A stretch of 59,790 bases of DNA, counting the filler, from Sphacelaria rigidula (Eukaryota), in NCBI GenBank assembly GCA_964200075.2. It is 6 parts of 6 records of this genome, joined end to end, with 100 filler letters (N's around TTAATTAATTAA, not from the genome) between each part and the next. Parts side by side here need not be neighbours in the genome. Positions count along the whole stretch, not along the records: positions 9,985 to 19,867 come from CAXNAA020007560.1; positions 19,968 to 29,849 come from CAXNAA020007561.1; 4 more parts are not named here. One strand, given 5' to 3'. Shown piece after piece: positions 11,360-24,830 of the stretch. Every line of letters starts with the position of its first letter. Within the stretch, counting starts at the first letter, position 1. The notes beneath the pieces were generated by a model. That model made no database searches and was not told the origin of the DNA. It saw nothing but the letters and a program-made list of their open reading frames with translations. The position numbers and the translations under genes are program-made.

Positions 11360-13085
11360 CACACGTATGTAGTGGACAGGGATGACAAAGCTTTGTATAG
11401 GTAGCTGATTTCGGTAGCTGAGAATCGCCCATAACGTGCAAGTGAGTATGCAGCGGTAGCTGCTGCATCAGTCGGAGAGGCGTCCTACACCGTACTGTAC
11501 TATTATATACTGTTGTTGTATGCATGCGCGTCGCAACGCTGACACTCTTTGAAGAGAACTTGCCGCATGCAACAAGGGGGAATATGGCGGCCCACCCCGA
11601 CCACAAAGAGCTGTGTGGCAAGGTGGTGGGGACGAAAGCATCATCCAAAGCCACGAGGGGGGGACGGCTCGCCGTTCGCCGCATCTTGTTGGAAGCTCTC
11701 TGCCACGACCCATTCTGCTTGCTACATCAGATGTACACCACCTAATGCGCACCCTGCACCTGAAAATAGATTGGATGAAACTTTCGATCTTCCTCACAAC
11801 CCTGCGGTTTACATACGCAGATTTTCAGCAACACGCCACTGTTTCGTGCAGACGCCAGAGACCTCATTCCCAACCAGCCTGATTGGTCGTTCTGGAAGCT
11901 CGGTCCCAAAAGCGTTAATAGCCGTTCCTCTGTGTTCCTGCATCCGGGTACTGTACTGTCGTGATCACAAACTTGGCCTGCCACCTGTGATTCTGGCAGT
12001 ACTGTACACGTACTGTGTCTCGTAGCAGACGCTAGCCTGCCAACGAACGTGTGTGCTCATGAACGCAGGACAGACAGGGACAGGTGCTATGCCCGTGAAC
12101 GCCCCTTTCCATTCAGTCATCTCCCGGTCTAGTCGCAGGGGGTGCTTTCTTTTTCCACTGTTGTTCACTACATCAGTATATAGAATTATATTTTTTTGAG
12201 TAAGCAAAAAATGTGTTGTTTATTATTTGTATAAATGGTCTTTGTTGCTGTGTTCGTACCCGTAGTTTCCGTTCGACAGCCTGCTGCTTCTATGTAACGC
12301 GTATGAACGACGAGCATGTACCTTCGAATGAAATGCACGTAGACGACACGGCACGAAATATACGTTTGCAAAAAAGGGCAGGCTTTCGTTTGTTTTGCGC
12401 TTTTTTTTTCATGTGTTTTCATCGCTCTTGTGTTCATGCTCAAAAGTGAAGATTATGCGCCGCCTTATGCGTATGCTGGTAGAAAATGCTCCACTTATGG
12501 GCCTTTTTTGCGTCCTTATTGTGGCGAGAGCCGCCGTCTGATGTGAAATATGGCACATATATATTTTCATTACTTTCGCATTCACCCTTCTGGGACTGGG
12601 CCTCCAGAACGACCAACGAGGCTGGTTAGGAATGCGTTTCCTGCATATGCATGAAACAGTTGCTTCATGTTGCTGAAAATCAACGAATGTATGTAACGGC
12701 AGGCTTGGATGAAGACCGACAGTTTTATCCAACCTATTTTCAGGTACAAAGTGTCTGTACTATAATATATTGGTGTTGTGGGCATGAGGCGATGTACAGA
12801 TGTATCAAGCAGTATCAATCGCAAAGAAGAGCTTTCAACAGGATGTGGCGACCGCCGCCCGCCACTTGTGGCCTTGGACATTGTCCCCTTCACCTTGCCA
12901 CACAGCCCTTTGAGGTCGGGGTGGGCCTCGATTTTCCCCCTTCGTTGCAAGTGGCAAATTCTCTTCGAACGACATGGGTGTTGCGCCGCAGATACAGTAC
13001 AGTGCAGCACGCTCTTCCGCATGCAGCTCTCCGCGACAGAGATCAGCTGCCTATACACAAGTTCGTGACCGTCGACTACATACGA
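11360..13085. repeat. Diverged inverted repeat pair (arms ~11360-11915 and ~12585-13085) around a ~670-bp spacer; old TE copies or foldback
   Basis: For example, ggcccaccccgaccacaaagagctgtgtggcaaggtg (~11590) matches the reverse complement of caccttgccacacagccctttgaggtcggggtgggcc (~12890). Likewise cacctgaaaatagattggatgaaact matches agttttatccaacctattttcaggtac. Confidence 0.8.
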
Positions 13086-14369
13086 CCTCACCGCCGCTTT
13101 TACCGCTTCGACAGAGGGATACGCAGAACTAATGCCTCAAGCTCCGTCTCTCGTCCGACAGCGTTGCCAAATTCAATCGCGTTGTGAACATGACCACATA
13201 TATAGCGGGGTACATTTATCGCGAATTTCCCCCGAGCATTACATGTTAGTGCTATCAACTAGGGTTTACTATAGGATGATGACCTAACAAAAATTCGTCG
13301 GGCCTACATGAAATGCAAGTAAATGATGAAAAAATCGGGAGTCCGAGCCCCAAGAACGTAGGCTTTCTTTTGCTTCGAAGGCTTTTGTCTGGGCCAGGGC
13401 CAGGGTACACCAACTTCGCAGTGTCATCACTCCCGGCAACAGCCCCCCCCCCCCACTGGTCGTTCTGATGTGGTCTATAAATCTCGCCTCGCCCTGATTG
13501 GACAGGTCGCTCCCAGACTTGTTTATTACTATTTTACTAACACGTCGTGAACGTGGTGTCAGTGAGCTTCAGTCCCAAACGGGTTAACATGAATTAATTT
13601 ACATACGGCACAACAACGAAGATCAGACCCGCAACGAAATTCGAAAAAAGAAACCACGAGCCACGACACATGGAGCACCTGTGGGCAGCTACTAGCTGGG
13701 TGCATAGTCCTGTTGAAGTACTGTATGCGCCAAGTCACGTGTAAAACTTGACTTTTATGCCTTGTTATGCTAAAATCTCGAAACACACGAGTTGAAAAAA
13801 ATCGCATACGACGTAAGTTAGGCGCAAAACTCCGTGTTATACGAAATTATATGTGCGCGTAAGAAACAAGAGCCTACAAAAAGGAAAGAGTCTAAACGGG
13901 GTATACCCACCCTCCAGCCAGAACGGGGTATCAGGGAAACAGGCCCGCGCGACATACCCACGCGTACATGTCGACATTTCCACGCGTGCCCGGCAGGGCA
14001 AAAACAGGAAGACAAGAAAGAAAAACACGATCAAAGCTGTTCTTCAGAGCAGATTACCCCGATGTTGTGCACCGCAGGAGTTGAAAAGGTTGTCTCCTCG
14101 CCTGCCGCTCCGTGTCTACGTAGCAGCAAATTGTAAATTATATCACCCACACCTAAGCTGTCCCATGTCTACACACATGCTGTGCCATGTTTCAATCTCG
14201 GGCTGTGCGGCGCGTTCGACCAGATCATTCCACGCAGTCTGTCTCGTGGTTCGATCTGCGGTCGTTTGCCGCGCGTCTGAAGTGATCTTTTTATGCGCAA
14301 GCTGTCTCTTCCTTGATCTTCTAATTTTTCTGTTGCGCCTTTGAATTTGTTGTGAGGGCGTGCGTGTCC

Positions 14370-14539
14370 CAGCACATTTTTTTTCGATCGAAAAAGTGCG
14401 GTGAAAAAATAAATATTCAGATCTGATGGATCGTAACTTCAACCATATTCGAAATAAACTACGATAGTTGAAATCACGACCGATCAGATCGGAATTTTCC
14501 TTTTCCACCGCACATTTTCGATCGAAAACTACTGTGCTG
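14370..14539. mobile_element. Short palindromic MITE-like element (~170 bp)
   Basis: Arms ttttcgatcgaaaaagtgcggtgaaaaa...gatcgtaacttcaac and gttgaaatcacgaccgatcagatcgg...ccaccgcacattttcgatcgaaaa. A second copy lies at 21692-21848. Confidence 0.75.
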
Positions 14540-16214
14540 AGACACGCCCTGACGTGGGTAACGGGTTTCACCGAGGTTGACCTCCGTGGTTGATGGGGCA
14601 CACCTAAGATATCTTGTGACAATCTAGTTGATGTCAGTGCGCAGCAAAAACTTCATGATTTGAGTGCAGGGGCAGCGAAGAGATTGGGAACTATTGACGC
14701 TTTGACAACCAGGGCAGGTTATCGGTTGAAACGGCATGATGTTCACTGCTGTAGAAATGAGTGCATAATCCAGGTGACCCACCCTGACCCTGACCGTCGA
14801 AGGGTGGAGTTCAATGGACTGTCAGAGGTATAGCTTTGATAATTTGATCCCAGATGAGGTGGCTCACGCTCATCACCCCAAATGTATTCACAGGCGATGC
14901 CCTTCGCAATACCGATCTAATAGTCAGCCCCTTACATGACATCATGCTGTTTGCCGTGGACAACTGAAGAGGGGTGACATAACCGGACTTCGGTTTGAGG
15001 CCATATTGTTGATGCTGAGGGCGAAAATGTAGCCTCGACCAATCAGCAGCCTTGAAATGGTTCTGAACAAAATACGAATTCCCATCTCAATTTCCACCCT
15101 ATCTCCATATGCTCTCACTGGTGACAACCGCCATCAGCTCGGAGATGTAACGGAACAAGAATGTTTTTTAAAATGTATACTATGAAATCGACTTATTCCC
15201 CAAACCGTGGTATTTGGATCATGTGGGGTTTTGTAGTCGTCGGATTTCCGCTGATGATGTGCAACGCGAGCATATACAATCCGCCCCAGCCGGGCGAAGC
15301 AAAGTGCTTCCCCCCCCCTCCCCAAAGCTTCGTGAAAACTCAACGTGCTCCGTTCCGGCTTTGTAGGGATGCGGAGTCAACGGTGATATGAATACGCATG
15401 CAAGATCATAAGGACCAACCCCCCCCCACCCCCACCTCACCCCCACGAGAGTACCGTAGCGACCCATGAAAATGACGGGCACTGGCGATGCCGAATGAGG
15501 CAAACGGGTACGGTGGAACAGGCAACCAACCACACTAGAGGTATGGCGGCATTTTACTCCAACTAGACTTCCGTCACAACTCGTCGTAAGTCTCCGTGCT
15601 TGCTTATTGAGCCAAGCGCTGTGTCTAACGCGACTTTCCCTTGAGCTCTCTCTCTCTCTCTCTCTCTGCCTCGTACGTACGCGGTTCAAGTCAAGCCGCT
15701 GTAAAAAAACTGCAATATATATATATACATACTACACAGATAAGTTAATGCAGCGTACCCCCGTCATCATCTCACAACCTCGATTTTCTACGGGTTGTTG
15801 ACCCATGCCCACCCCCACGTCGCTGGCAGCCAATTAGTTGCGCAGGCTGAAATATCTCGTCCTGATGCGTCGATCAACAGGCGTGTTTAGGCCGACTGAC
15901 TTCCGCTTCGACAACATTATTGATGTTGGCCGGCTAAAGCAGGCCGCCGCACATCGTTGTCTTAGCTCCATCACATTAGCCTTTTGGAGGGGACCGGATC
16001 GGACCCCCCACCAACCTGGGGATGTACCCATAATCTTGCATGCCATAGTCATATGACCATTGACCTCTCATCCCTACAGAGTCGGGACGGAGCACGATAG
16101 GGAGAGAGGGGGGTATTTCGGGTCATTTTCCTCACGAAATTCCACTTCAAGTCGCCATTGGAAGCAGCAATGGTTGTTCCAACGCGCTAGCTACCGATAA
16201 ATAACGCTCCTTCA

Positions 16215-17172
16215 TACTGTTTGGCACCGTTTTAATCCAAATACTAGCGCACCGCGAGTGTGTGTTGAATCGTCTGATACATCTGTGAACCCCTTTTTCT
16301 CGCAGAAGCGATCACCAGCTGTAGTTGATGAAGCTGTATGGAGGAAAAGTACGAAAGGGCAGGCTGGAATAAGGTTGGATAGAAAAGTCGAGAAAATATG
16401 GAAGGAGATGGGAGGAAACCAAGACGAAATACTGTCCATAGATGAAAGCGCGGGGTACAAAACAAACGTAAGATAAATGATGAAAATAAGGGGGAAAAAA
16501 GCGGTCAGATGCAAATGAGACAAGGAAAAACGCCTGGAGATGTACGGGGGGTTGAGAGAGGAGACTGGAATGAAAATATGTTTGTATGACCCGGTGGACG
16601 CTGCGATAAATCTGAAACTACGATTTCGGGTGCGGGACCTGGACCTGCCAGAAATAAGGAGATGTACTAGTCTTCGAAAGGAGGAAGTAGATGGATAAAA
16701 CTGCCCCTGTGGCAAAGGAATGGAGAGCAGAAGTCATGTAGTGGCAGAATGTGAACTATACAAGGAGGAACGGGATGTGCTAGAGGGGAAAATGCGGGAC
16801 GTAAACGAAAGTGGCATGAAATCGTGTGATGATTACACAGTAGGGAGAGAACGATGGCTATACTAAAAGATAGATGATAGCCACAGACGGCGAAACAGGA
16901 CGGGGATAAGATATGTAAAAGGTCTTTTTGCTAAGTATGGAAGAAAAGTAATGGGCGCCTGAAATGTTGAAGGTGTCTCTATTAGGAGTAGGAACGGTGC
17001 TCCGTCTCGAAAGGGATGCGTGGTGAATGATTAAACGACTAAGGCGAGCAATAAGTGAGTACGCCCCCCCCACCCTGTCCCGTGGGGGTGCTCCGTCTCG
17101 AAAGGGATGCGTGGTCAACGGTCGAACGACTACTGCAAGCGACAAATGAGTACGCCCCCCCCCCCCCTGTCC
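16215..17172 (+). mobile_element. 5'-truncated, degenerate LINE (non-LTR retrotransposon) 3' fragment with duplicated 3' terminus
   Basis: Purine-rich decayed coding sequence with a C-terminal CCHC-type motif (CPCGK..ESRSHVVAECELY at ~16700-16765). It is homologous to the reverse complement of 34300-35050. The terminal segment ggtgctccgtctcgaaagggatgcgtggt...tgagtacgccccccc occurs twice. Confidence 0.8.
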
Positions 17173-20100
17173 CGCCCGCCCTATCGTAGCATGACTCACG
17201 ATTGGTGTTTCACTCGATCGTTGCTTTCTTTTTGAGACTCCATCTCATGGTGTCTCGACGGTGTAAGACCATTTATTATGGCAGTCACAAATCTTTATCT
17301 GTACGCGGATCGGGAGACTTCGAATCAGGAAACGCACATCATGGGCTCAGAGTCGTATGTCACGAATTGAGAACGTTTTTTCCCTGAGTATGAACCCAGA
17401 TCGGGGGAAAATTGAGGTTTCCCGACCCTGTAGGAAGTCACGTACGTACATTGGCGTACTGTGGTATGGCAACAGGCGTTTGATATTTCTGCAACCGCAG
17501 CAGCACACAGTCTTGTGACAGTATAAGCCGGGCCTACCCGCGCCATCTGCTGGAGTAGCTTCGCACGGGGTGTCACGAGCGGATAATTTGTGTTGACGCT
17601 GTACCCTGCGGCGGTTGTAATGTTTTATGCTGCACTGCGCTGCTGTGTGGATCATCGTAACGAACCGTACTGTACTGTCCTGCTCTCTGCTGTCGCTGTG
17701 CTTGCAGGGTGGTTAACGGCACTGCACTCGTGAACTCTTGTCGCGCTCTGTTCGTTCACTGTTGTCGCAATACCGACAGTACCATCGTCGTGTAATACCA
17801 CACGGCATAATCATGTGCTGTAATGATTGAGTGTACTGGAATGTATCACACCCTGGGCTACTAGGATACTACGGTACGATGCTGTTCTTGAAGGATAATC
17901 AAGTACCTGCCTCGTCTTCGGCTTCGCTAATTCGATGATTGATTGATTGTCACACATGATGGACGTACCCAAGACAAAATAAAACCTGAACACTCGCGGG
18001 AGAAGAAACAGAAAAAGTCAAACAGTACGACATAGTAGACGAAGACGTGAAGAGTAAAAAACATGAATGAAAAGTCAAGAGAGGGAGAGCACGGAAAAAA
18101 TGACCGGTCTGAAACAAACAAACAAAATAAACTGCGAATGCGATACCACACCCCTACAGAGAGTGACCCCTCCGTGTACTGAACTATTTCGACGAATCTG
18201 TGGAATCATACGAGGGTCGGACAAATAATGATTCGTCTGGAAATTACTTAGTTTTAGTGTGATGAATCGACTCGTGACGAATCAGCCCCTNNNNNNNNNN
18301 TGGGCAATCAGGCCGAAGAAATCGTGAATTTGGTGATTTTGAGTCGTGATGATTTGCCCTAACCGTGAGCTGTTTCGAAGAATCTGTGGAACCATAGTGC
18401 GGTCTGAACAAATTTGACTTTCGCAGATATGCGTCACCCCAATTTTGCCCAGATTCGGAACATATCCCCATGAAAAGTGATCTAAGGGTACAATGAACCT
18501 ATGTCTCTAACCCCCCTCCCCGACGCCCACGTAACGCGCACACACACTCTCCTACTTGTGTGAAATAGGCACGACGTAATTATGGTGGACAACCTTAGCC
18601 GGCGGAAGATTGATCTAGAGCTGGGGTGCGAGTCGCTGACGCCCATCCAAAGTCCCCAGACCAGGGTTAAGGTGGGGATAATGAAAAAGTGATTTCTCTT
18701 TTGCGTAAGATGAGGCCTATGGTATAGGTATTGCAGGGAAATTTGTCAAAGAGTTTGGCCAATTCTGATGAAACAGGCAAACTTTTTTTTTTGCGCTGAA
18801 TTCAGCTTGCGGAGAGAGCTACGCGTGAGTGATATAATACGTTTTACCTGTGTTGCAGACACAACCTGTGAATGATGACGGTACAAACAAGAGCAGGCGA
18901 AAGGAATCAAATACCTTCGAAGGTGTGTTGGGCAGGGTATATTCCACATTTGGATACTTTTAAAAAATCGAACGCCAATTACTGAACAATACCCAGATGT
19001 TGGGTCAAGTATTGCGGTCGCACCTCACTGAATCAGAGGGGGGAGGGGACTGGAGAGTTCTCTTCTCCTCAACATATCTCCCCGAACCCATAGTACAGTG
19101 AAGCATGCTTTGGTCGCTTTTTACAGAAAACGCTCTCTGCGAACTGTCCATTTGAAGCCTTTCACTGCGAATTTTTGGCGGAATACGGGCCTTGATGAGT
19201 TGGATCTCCTCTCAAAGATTTGGCAAGCTTTCCAAGAGGATTGATTCTAGCGCACTTTCCCAATTGTTCGTGTGTGTGTTTTCCCGACAACTCGAAGATT
19301 TCTGGAGCAACTGAAAATATCGAGAATCCGGCCGAAGGTGATACCGGGCGTACGAAAAATCGGGAAAGTACGCTAGAATCCTCTTGGAAAGCACCGAAAA
19401 TATTGAAGAGAAGGCCCAATCCGCCAAGGTCCGTATTTCGCCACAAATCTGATGAAAGGCTAAGAAGAGGTAGATCTCCAAGAGTCCGTTTTTTCACTAC
19501 AAATGGTCTTTGTTTTTTTGGTGAAACCCTGATGCTGCCTACCCCTTGCCCAAACTCCAACCCCAAGGGAGACACACGCCACCCCCCGGTGTTCTAAATC
19601 AATATTAGACGTTACACCGTCAAGGCGGGAAGAAGGCGGGTTCGATTCACAATTGTAGTTAGCCTCTAGTTCTTGAAATGTGCTTATATTCGTCTTTAAA
19701 GGCGTGAGAACGTACGTGTGTAACAAGAAGAGAGTCGACGGTGAGTTTGTTTGGCGAGAGAGTCGACGGCGGTGCTGTAGAAGTGCTGGTCCAATCAATC
19801 CCCGAGACCACGACACAAGGCGTGTATAGTAACGGGGAGGGAGGGAGGGAGGGGGGGGTACTCATGANNNNNNNNNNNNNNNNNNNNNNNNNNNNNNNNN
19901 NNNNNNNNNNNTTAATTAATTAANNNNNNNNNNNNNNNNNNNNNNNNNNNNNNNNNNNNNNNNNNNNCCCCCCCCCCCCCTTCCCAACCCACAAAGGCAA
20001 CCAAGAAAGAAGGCCCCCCCCCCCCCCCCCCGAAAAAAAAGCTCCTTAATTGGCCTTCCTACTGTGCGACCCCGGCTGTATGAGCCCACATATACCGAAA

Positions 20101-20518
20101 TATGTAGACTGGGGTCCAGAATAAATGGGATGACAACACACTCAACACGCACAACACACACAACACACACACTCGAGTCGTTGTGTACTGTATATAAACT
20201 ACGAGGTGCTCGAGAACTCCTGGTTGTTTTTGAGCCGAGTCAAGTATAGATCGTCTGTCTGTCTGTCTGTCTGTCTGTCTTCGCCAAGCCGTTCCCATCT
20301 GGTATATGCTTGTTTTGCGAGTGGAGGTGCACTGGCAGACACCTCTGGAGTACCGCTGCGATATGTGCCAACAACATGCATCCTCTCTCACTAGTCACTA
20401 TGCTCACATGTTGTCAGCCGCGGTAATTTCGAGGCAGTTCTCCCACATCTCAAGCATGTTCGATCTTGCACGCATGTCACATCGTCTCAACGTTATTTTT
20501 TTACCGTCTGTGACCAGT

Positions 20519-20585
20519 TCCCCCGGTGGCTCAGTTGGTAACCTCGAAAACCTTCTGACGGTTGGGACGTAGCTTCGAATATCGA
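20519..20585 (+). mobile_element. 5' head of a tRNA-derived SINE (A-box TGGCTCAGTTGG, degenerate B-box)
   Basis: ccccggtggctcagttggtaacctcgaaaaccttctgacggttgggacgtagcttcgaat matches the head at 51262-51325 (-). Confidence 0.6.
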
Positions 20586-21691
20586 TCAAGTCACACGATC
20601 TTTACGTTTTCTCACAACATGCCCAACAAAGGAGGGCGACCATGTTTTGGGTACACGAAACTCGACTTCGCGGTCAACGAGGGAAAGGGACCGCTGATCC
20701 CTGCTCGCGATAACAAGAAAGATAAGCGCACTGCAGAAGAAAGGTGAAATACTAGAAAATATATATATATTTTGGCCTAGGCTGATGGGCATATGCGATA
20801 GTGTAGACTGGCGCCCAGAATAGATGGTATAGCAGCACAACATACACACTGCCGATGCTGATGCTGCACCGCATCATACAAACATTTTTCATCGATGGCT
20901 GAATACAACGGTATGAAGCGGTCAGGGGCTGTCTCATACCAAAAAAAAAATGGCGACTAGTAGCGGGAAAACGCGGCATAATAATCCTGTTATCGCGGTC
21001 AGTCGCTCGTGTTGAGTCCGGATTCATTTCACAAAGGGCAGCAAGAGAGTGAGACGAACGTTACGAATCACCTTCCACGCCAGGGCTGTTCACGCACTGA
21101 TCATCACGAGATACAGGGCGCGCAACTCAAAGCTCGATAACCTACGGCGTAGCTCTGAATCAGCTGCTCGATTGTGTGCTTGGCTTTGTTTTAATCGGCC
21201 GTAGAATTAACCAACCTTGTCCGTTGTTGGACGAATGCGTCAGGGCAACTGGTGCGTTGGTGAAAAACGAAGAAACAAATCTTCGACGCATATCGCACCA
21301 ACAGCACTAAAAAGCAAAGCCTCCCTCATGCTGCGGTGGACGCGGTTACCTCTCAAGGTACGGGGTATCGAGGGTGAGTATATAAGTACCGGGGCATGCC
21401 TTATAAATGTTGGGCACGGGATTCTAACGGTTGCGCGTTCCAACCATGTGAGACAAAAAAACATATTTTTTTCTTACTGGCATATGATGATTAATTCTTT
21501 TCGCCGCAACTTCCAGCTTCAAAAGCAAAAACTTTTCATTTCTAGCCTTCCGGGCGCACGCGCGAAGAATGATGAAGGCCTCCTCTAGGAACAGAGAAGA
21601 CACGGACTCATCACTGCCGCTGTTTCTTTCTAGTCCCGCCGCTTTTTCTTACAGCCCAAACAGGTTGGTATCGCCGTGTCATAGTACATCA

Positions 21692-21848
21692 TTTTTTTTA
21701 TTGAAACAAGTGCGGTGGAAAACAAGAAATTCCGATCTGATAGGTCGTAACTTCGACTATCATCATGAATCACGATATAATAGTTGAAATCATGACCTAT
21801 CAGATCGGAGTTTTCCTTTTCCACCGCACACTTTCGATCGAAAAAAAT
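21692..21848. mobile_element. Second copy of the palindromic MITE-like element
   Basis: gtgcggtggaaaacaagaaattccgatctgataggtcgtaacttcgactat pairs with atagttgaaatcatgacctatcagatcggagttttccttttccaccgcac. Confidence 0.75.
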
Positions 21849-23767
21849 ATGTTCGAAGACACGCCGCAAGGGCCCATCTCGACGAAACAGAATAAAAAGG
21901 GAAGAACAAAGCAAGCATCGAAAAGCAGCATGTTGATCGGTCACCGCAATCCGGGCGACGAACCTATGGCTGCGGCGATCAACGAACATGCTGCATTTCG
22001 CCGCTCGCTTTGCTCTTCGCTTTTCTTGTTGGCCCCGTTAAAATGGGCGTCAAGACGGCTCCTCAGCGTGTCATCGATCTCCACAGCACAAAGTCTACTG
22101 CACGCTGTTACAATTACTATTCACAACGAAACCGCAGGCAGTCAGTGTACATCTAACTTGGCAGCATCAGAGGCGCCAGGGCCAGGCAGGGCACAAAGAC
22201 TACGATCAGAGCAAAAATGATCTCCTTTGCCTGTGTTCTTCTGTGGCTGAGTGGTCGGTACTCAAATGAGCTACCGAATACGACCTGGCTGCGAGGTGGA
22301 TGTCCTGTAGGTGTCCTGCAGGGGAACAAAATGATCAGATTGACCAATTAAAACTTTATAAGTGGTCACCACGCTTCGTTCGGGGGTCGTTCCAGGCAAA
22401 TACTTTTCCTTCGAACCTTCTGCACATGCATCGCTGACCTTTAAAGCTTTTCGGTGGGTCTGGGAATAGGCACCCACCCACCCCTCAAAAACTACCCCTC
22501 GCCCGCTGGAAACCCCTAGATGTCCCTGGACTGTCAGCCGACGAAACTTGAGGTGGGTCGCTCGCAGCCTAGTAAGGATAATATCTGGCGATTTTTTTTT
22601 CGCGTAGACATTCGTGATGGCGACGGGACAACTGATGGGGGTCCAACGGGGGTCATGAAAATCGTGCGTATTATCTCGCGACATCAGATGTTTGACCGCG
22701 CGAAGATCAATTCGCTTGGTGAGATGAATCTGCCTCTGTATCGGAACCAAGGCTTCCACGACATGCTCCATACGAGAAATTCGTGCAGACAGCAGACAGT
22801 AGTTTCAAACAACATCACGCACCGGATTTCCCCCATCTCCCGTATCTCGCCGAACATCTCAGACGCTGTTGTCTGTTGTATGAATCTTTTGGTACAAAAC
22901 GCCAACTAACTGATGTCGGCGGCGACCGGCGCGGCAATGGACCTGACCGTCAGTCATGATGCAACATGACAAATGCGCACGACATAACCGAAGCATTCGT
23001 TGAATACCGATGGTGGGCGTGTGCATCATCAGCAACACAGCATAGGATTTTACATGTCAACAGACGGGATAGCAGGTCGTGCCGTCCTGCTTCATGCTCG
23101 GCCGTGGACTGTACCGAGTTCTTTGATGCACCGTGCTTTCACCCGAAATCATGATTAACCGTCCCTCAAACAGGATACAACCTATGGGTACTACTGTCTG
23201 TGCAACGGCTGAAGTGCGCAGCGACAGCTGTTGCCAAACCTTAGGAGACAGACAACACAACATGCAGTAAGTTGTTGTGGGAAAATGAATATTCCTTTTC
23301 GCGCTCCGGCTGCGCGCAACATTGCTCCCAAGGGCTGTAGTTTCCCCACATATTACTTACTGTCTACGGGAGGAGCAGGAGAAGCAGGAGGAGCTGGAGG
23401 AGGTGTGCAGGGTTGCGGGACTTTTCGTCACCGCATCATGCTATACCTACAGCTGCAGACTTTTCCAGTATTGTGTGTGTGCAACCAACCCTTGAGATAG
23501 ATGTGTTTGTGTCCGTGCCAAACCCTTTCGTCGCCGCGGTAGCCTTGCAATACTCATTGAATATACCTAGGCCCGACACTACAAAAGCATACCACGAGCA
23601 CAGCAACTGGACGGCATGTTGACTTTACGCATCGCGAGGGGTTGCAGTGTACCGTCGTCTGTGCTCAATTACGTTGGAAACAAAGACTCTACGCTGAAGT
23701 TCGGATACTTGTACCTTCAACAAAGGTTGCGATGACATTCAATCTCCATCCGCACACAGACACACAC

Positions 23768-24055
23768 CTTGCCCGCCTTGTTAGCATCTCCTCCGCTATT
23801 TAGATACCGAACCATGACCCCCATATCCCCTGCTTCTGCTGCCCGGTACACATTGAAATTCGGCCTTGACAGTGGGCATGCAGACGGCGAAGTACACTCT
23901 TCCTCCTGTTCGCCCTCAGTGCTGCAAGTGCTCAGGGAGATGTTCAGCTGACGACTTGCTTGTTGATGTGACATTGGCCATCGTTTTAACTTGATCGCCA
24001 ACGGCACAGACTTGTCGGCGCCCTCTTTTCCCGGAGCAAACGGGGCCATGGTCAT
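23768..24055 (-). CDS. Probable first coding exon of an ankyrin-repeat protein (downstream exons not identified)
   Basis: ATG at 24055 followed by 96 codons, ending FNVYRAAEAGDMGVMVRYLNSGGDANKAGK at an AAG|GTGTGT phase-0 donor. The end matches the ankyrin pattern AA..G...v..Ll..GaD.N. Confidence 0.6.
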
Positions 24056-24419
24056 CGCTCTGTACTTCTTTTCCCCAATCCCTCCTCCCCACCCCGGCCC
24101 CCTAGTCTTTTGTGTGGTCGGTCGTACGGATTGTCCCGATGCCCTACGCTGTATGCTGGTGTTCAGTACTTTGCCCCGGTTCGGAACGAAGAGCATTATC
24201 TGGAACCTGGCGAACCTGGAACGACTTTCTTGTTGGTGGAAAATGTCCCATGTTGTGTGATTCGGAGAAAAATACCGGTAAATTATTAGCCAATCATAAA
24301 CGTTCTGTTTATCACACCATCTTTTTTTTTTTGTTCGTGTGGACAGCCATCCACCCTTTTGCCCTTGACCTCCACAGGCACACCTCCAGGCTCAGGAGTG
24401 CAGCAAAGCCTACACCAGG
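24056..24419. promoter_or_regulatory. Short divergent intergenic region (putative bidirectional promoter and 5' UTRs) between the ankyrin-like gene and RPS26; possible 5'-UTR intron 24278-24377 on +
   Basis: 364 bp between two divergent ATGs. A G|GTAAAT donor at 24278 and a pyrimidine-rich ...gacctccacAG acceptor at 24377 lie just upstream of the RPS26 ATG. Confidence 0.45.
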
Positions 24420-24790
24420 ATGACTGTGAAGAGGAGGAACCACGGGCGTAACAAAAAGGGTCGCGGGCATGTGTGCCGCGTGCGGTGAGTATACAGGACT
24501 TGATATTTGTGCTTTTACGTTTCGACAACTCTGTCAAGTGCCGGTGGGGTTGATGCCCGCCTGTTTGAAGACTGTGAAGTCCGGTACTTGTGGCCTACAA
24601 CACCACGCGGCTATCGTGCTCAGCTTCGGGAGGGTGTGAACCCCGGTTTAAGTTATCGTGGTACCAGTACTTCGCTCGAAGGGGTTGTCGAGGCAACGTT
24701 GTTTTTTGAAACTTTGTTCACAGCACGGGTGCGGTCGCGGCTGTGACTGTTTGGTATGTACTGTAGTATGCTTACACACACACACACACA

Positions 24791-24830
<40 letters not shown>

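Noticed and set aside
20519..20585. tRNA gene
   Set aside because: No convincing cloverleaf and a degenerate B-box. It matches a SINE head present elsewhere.
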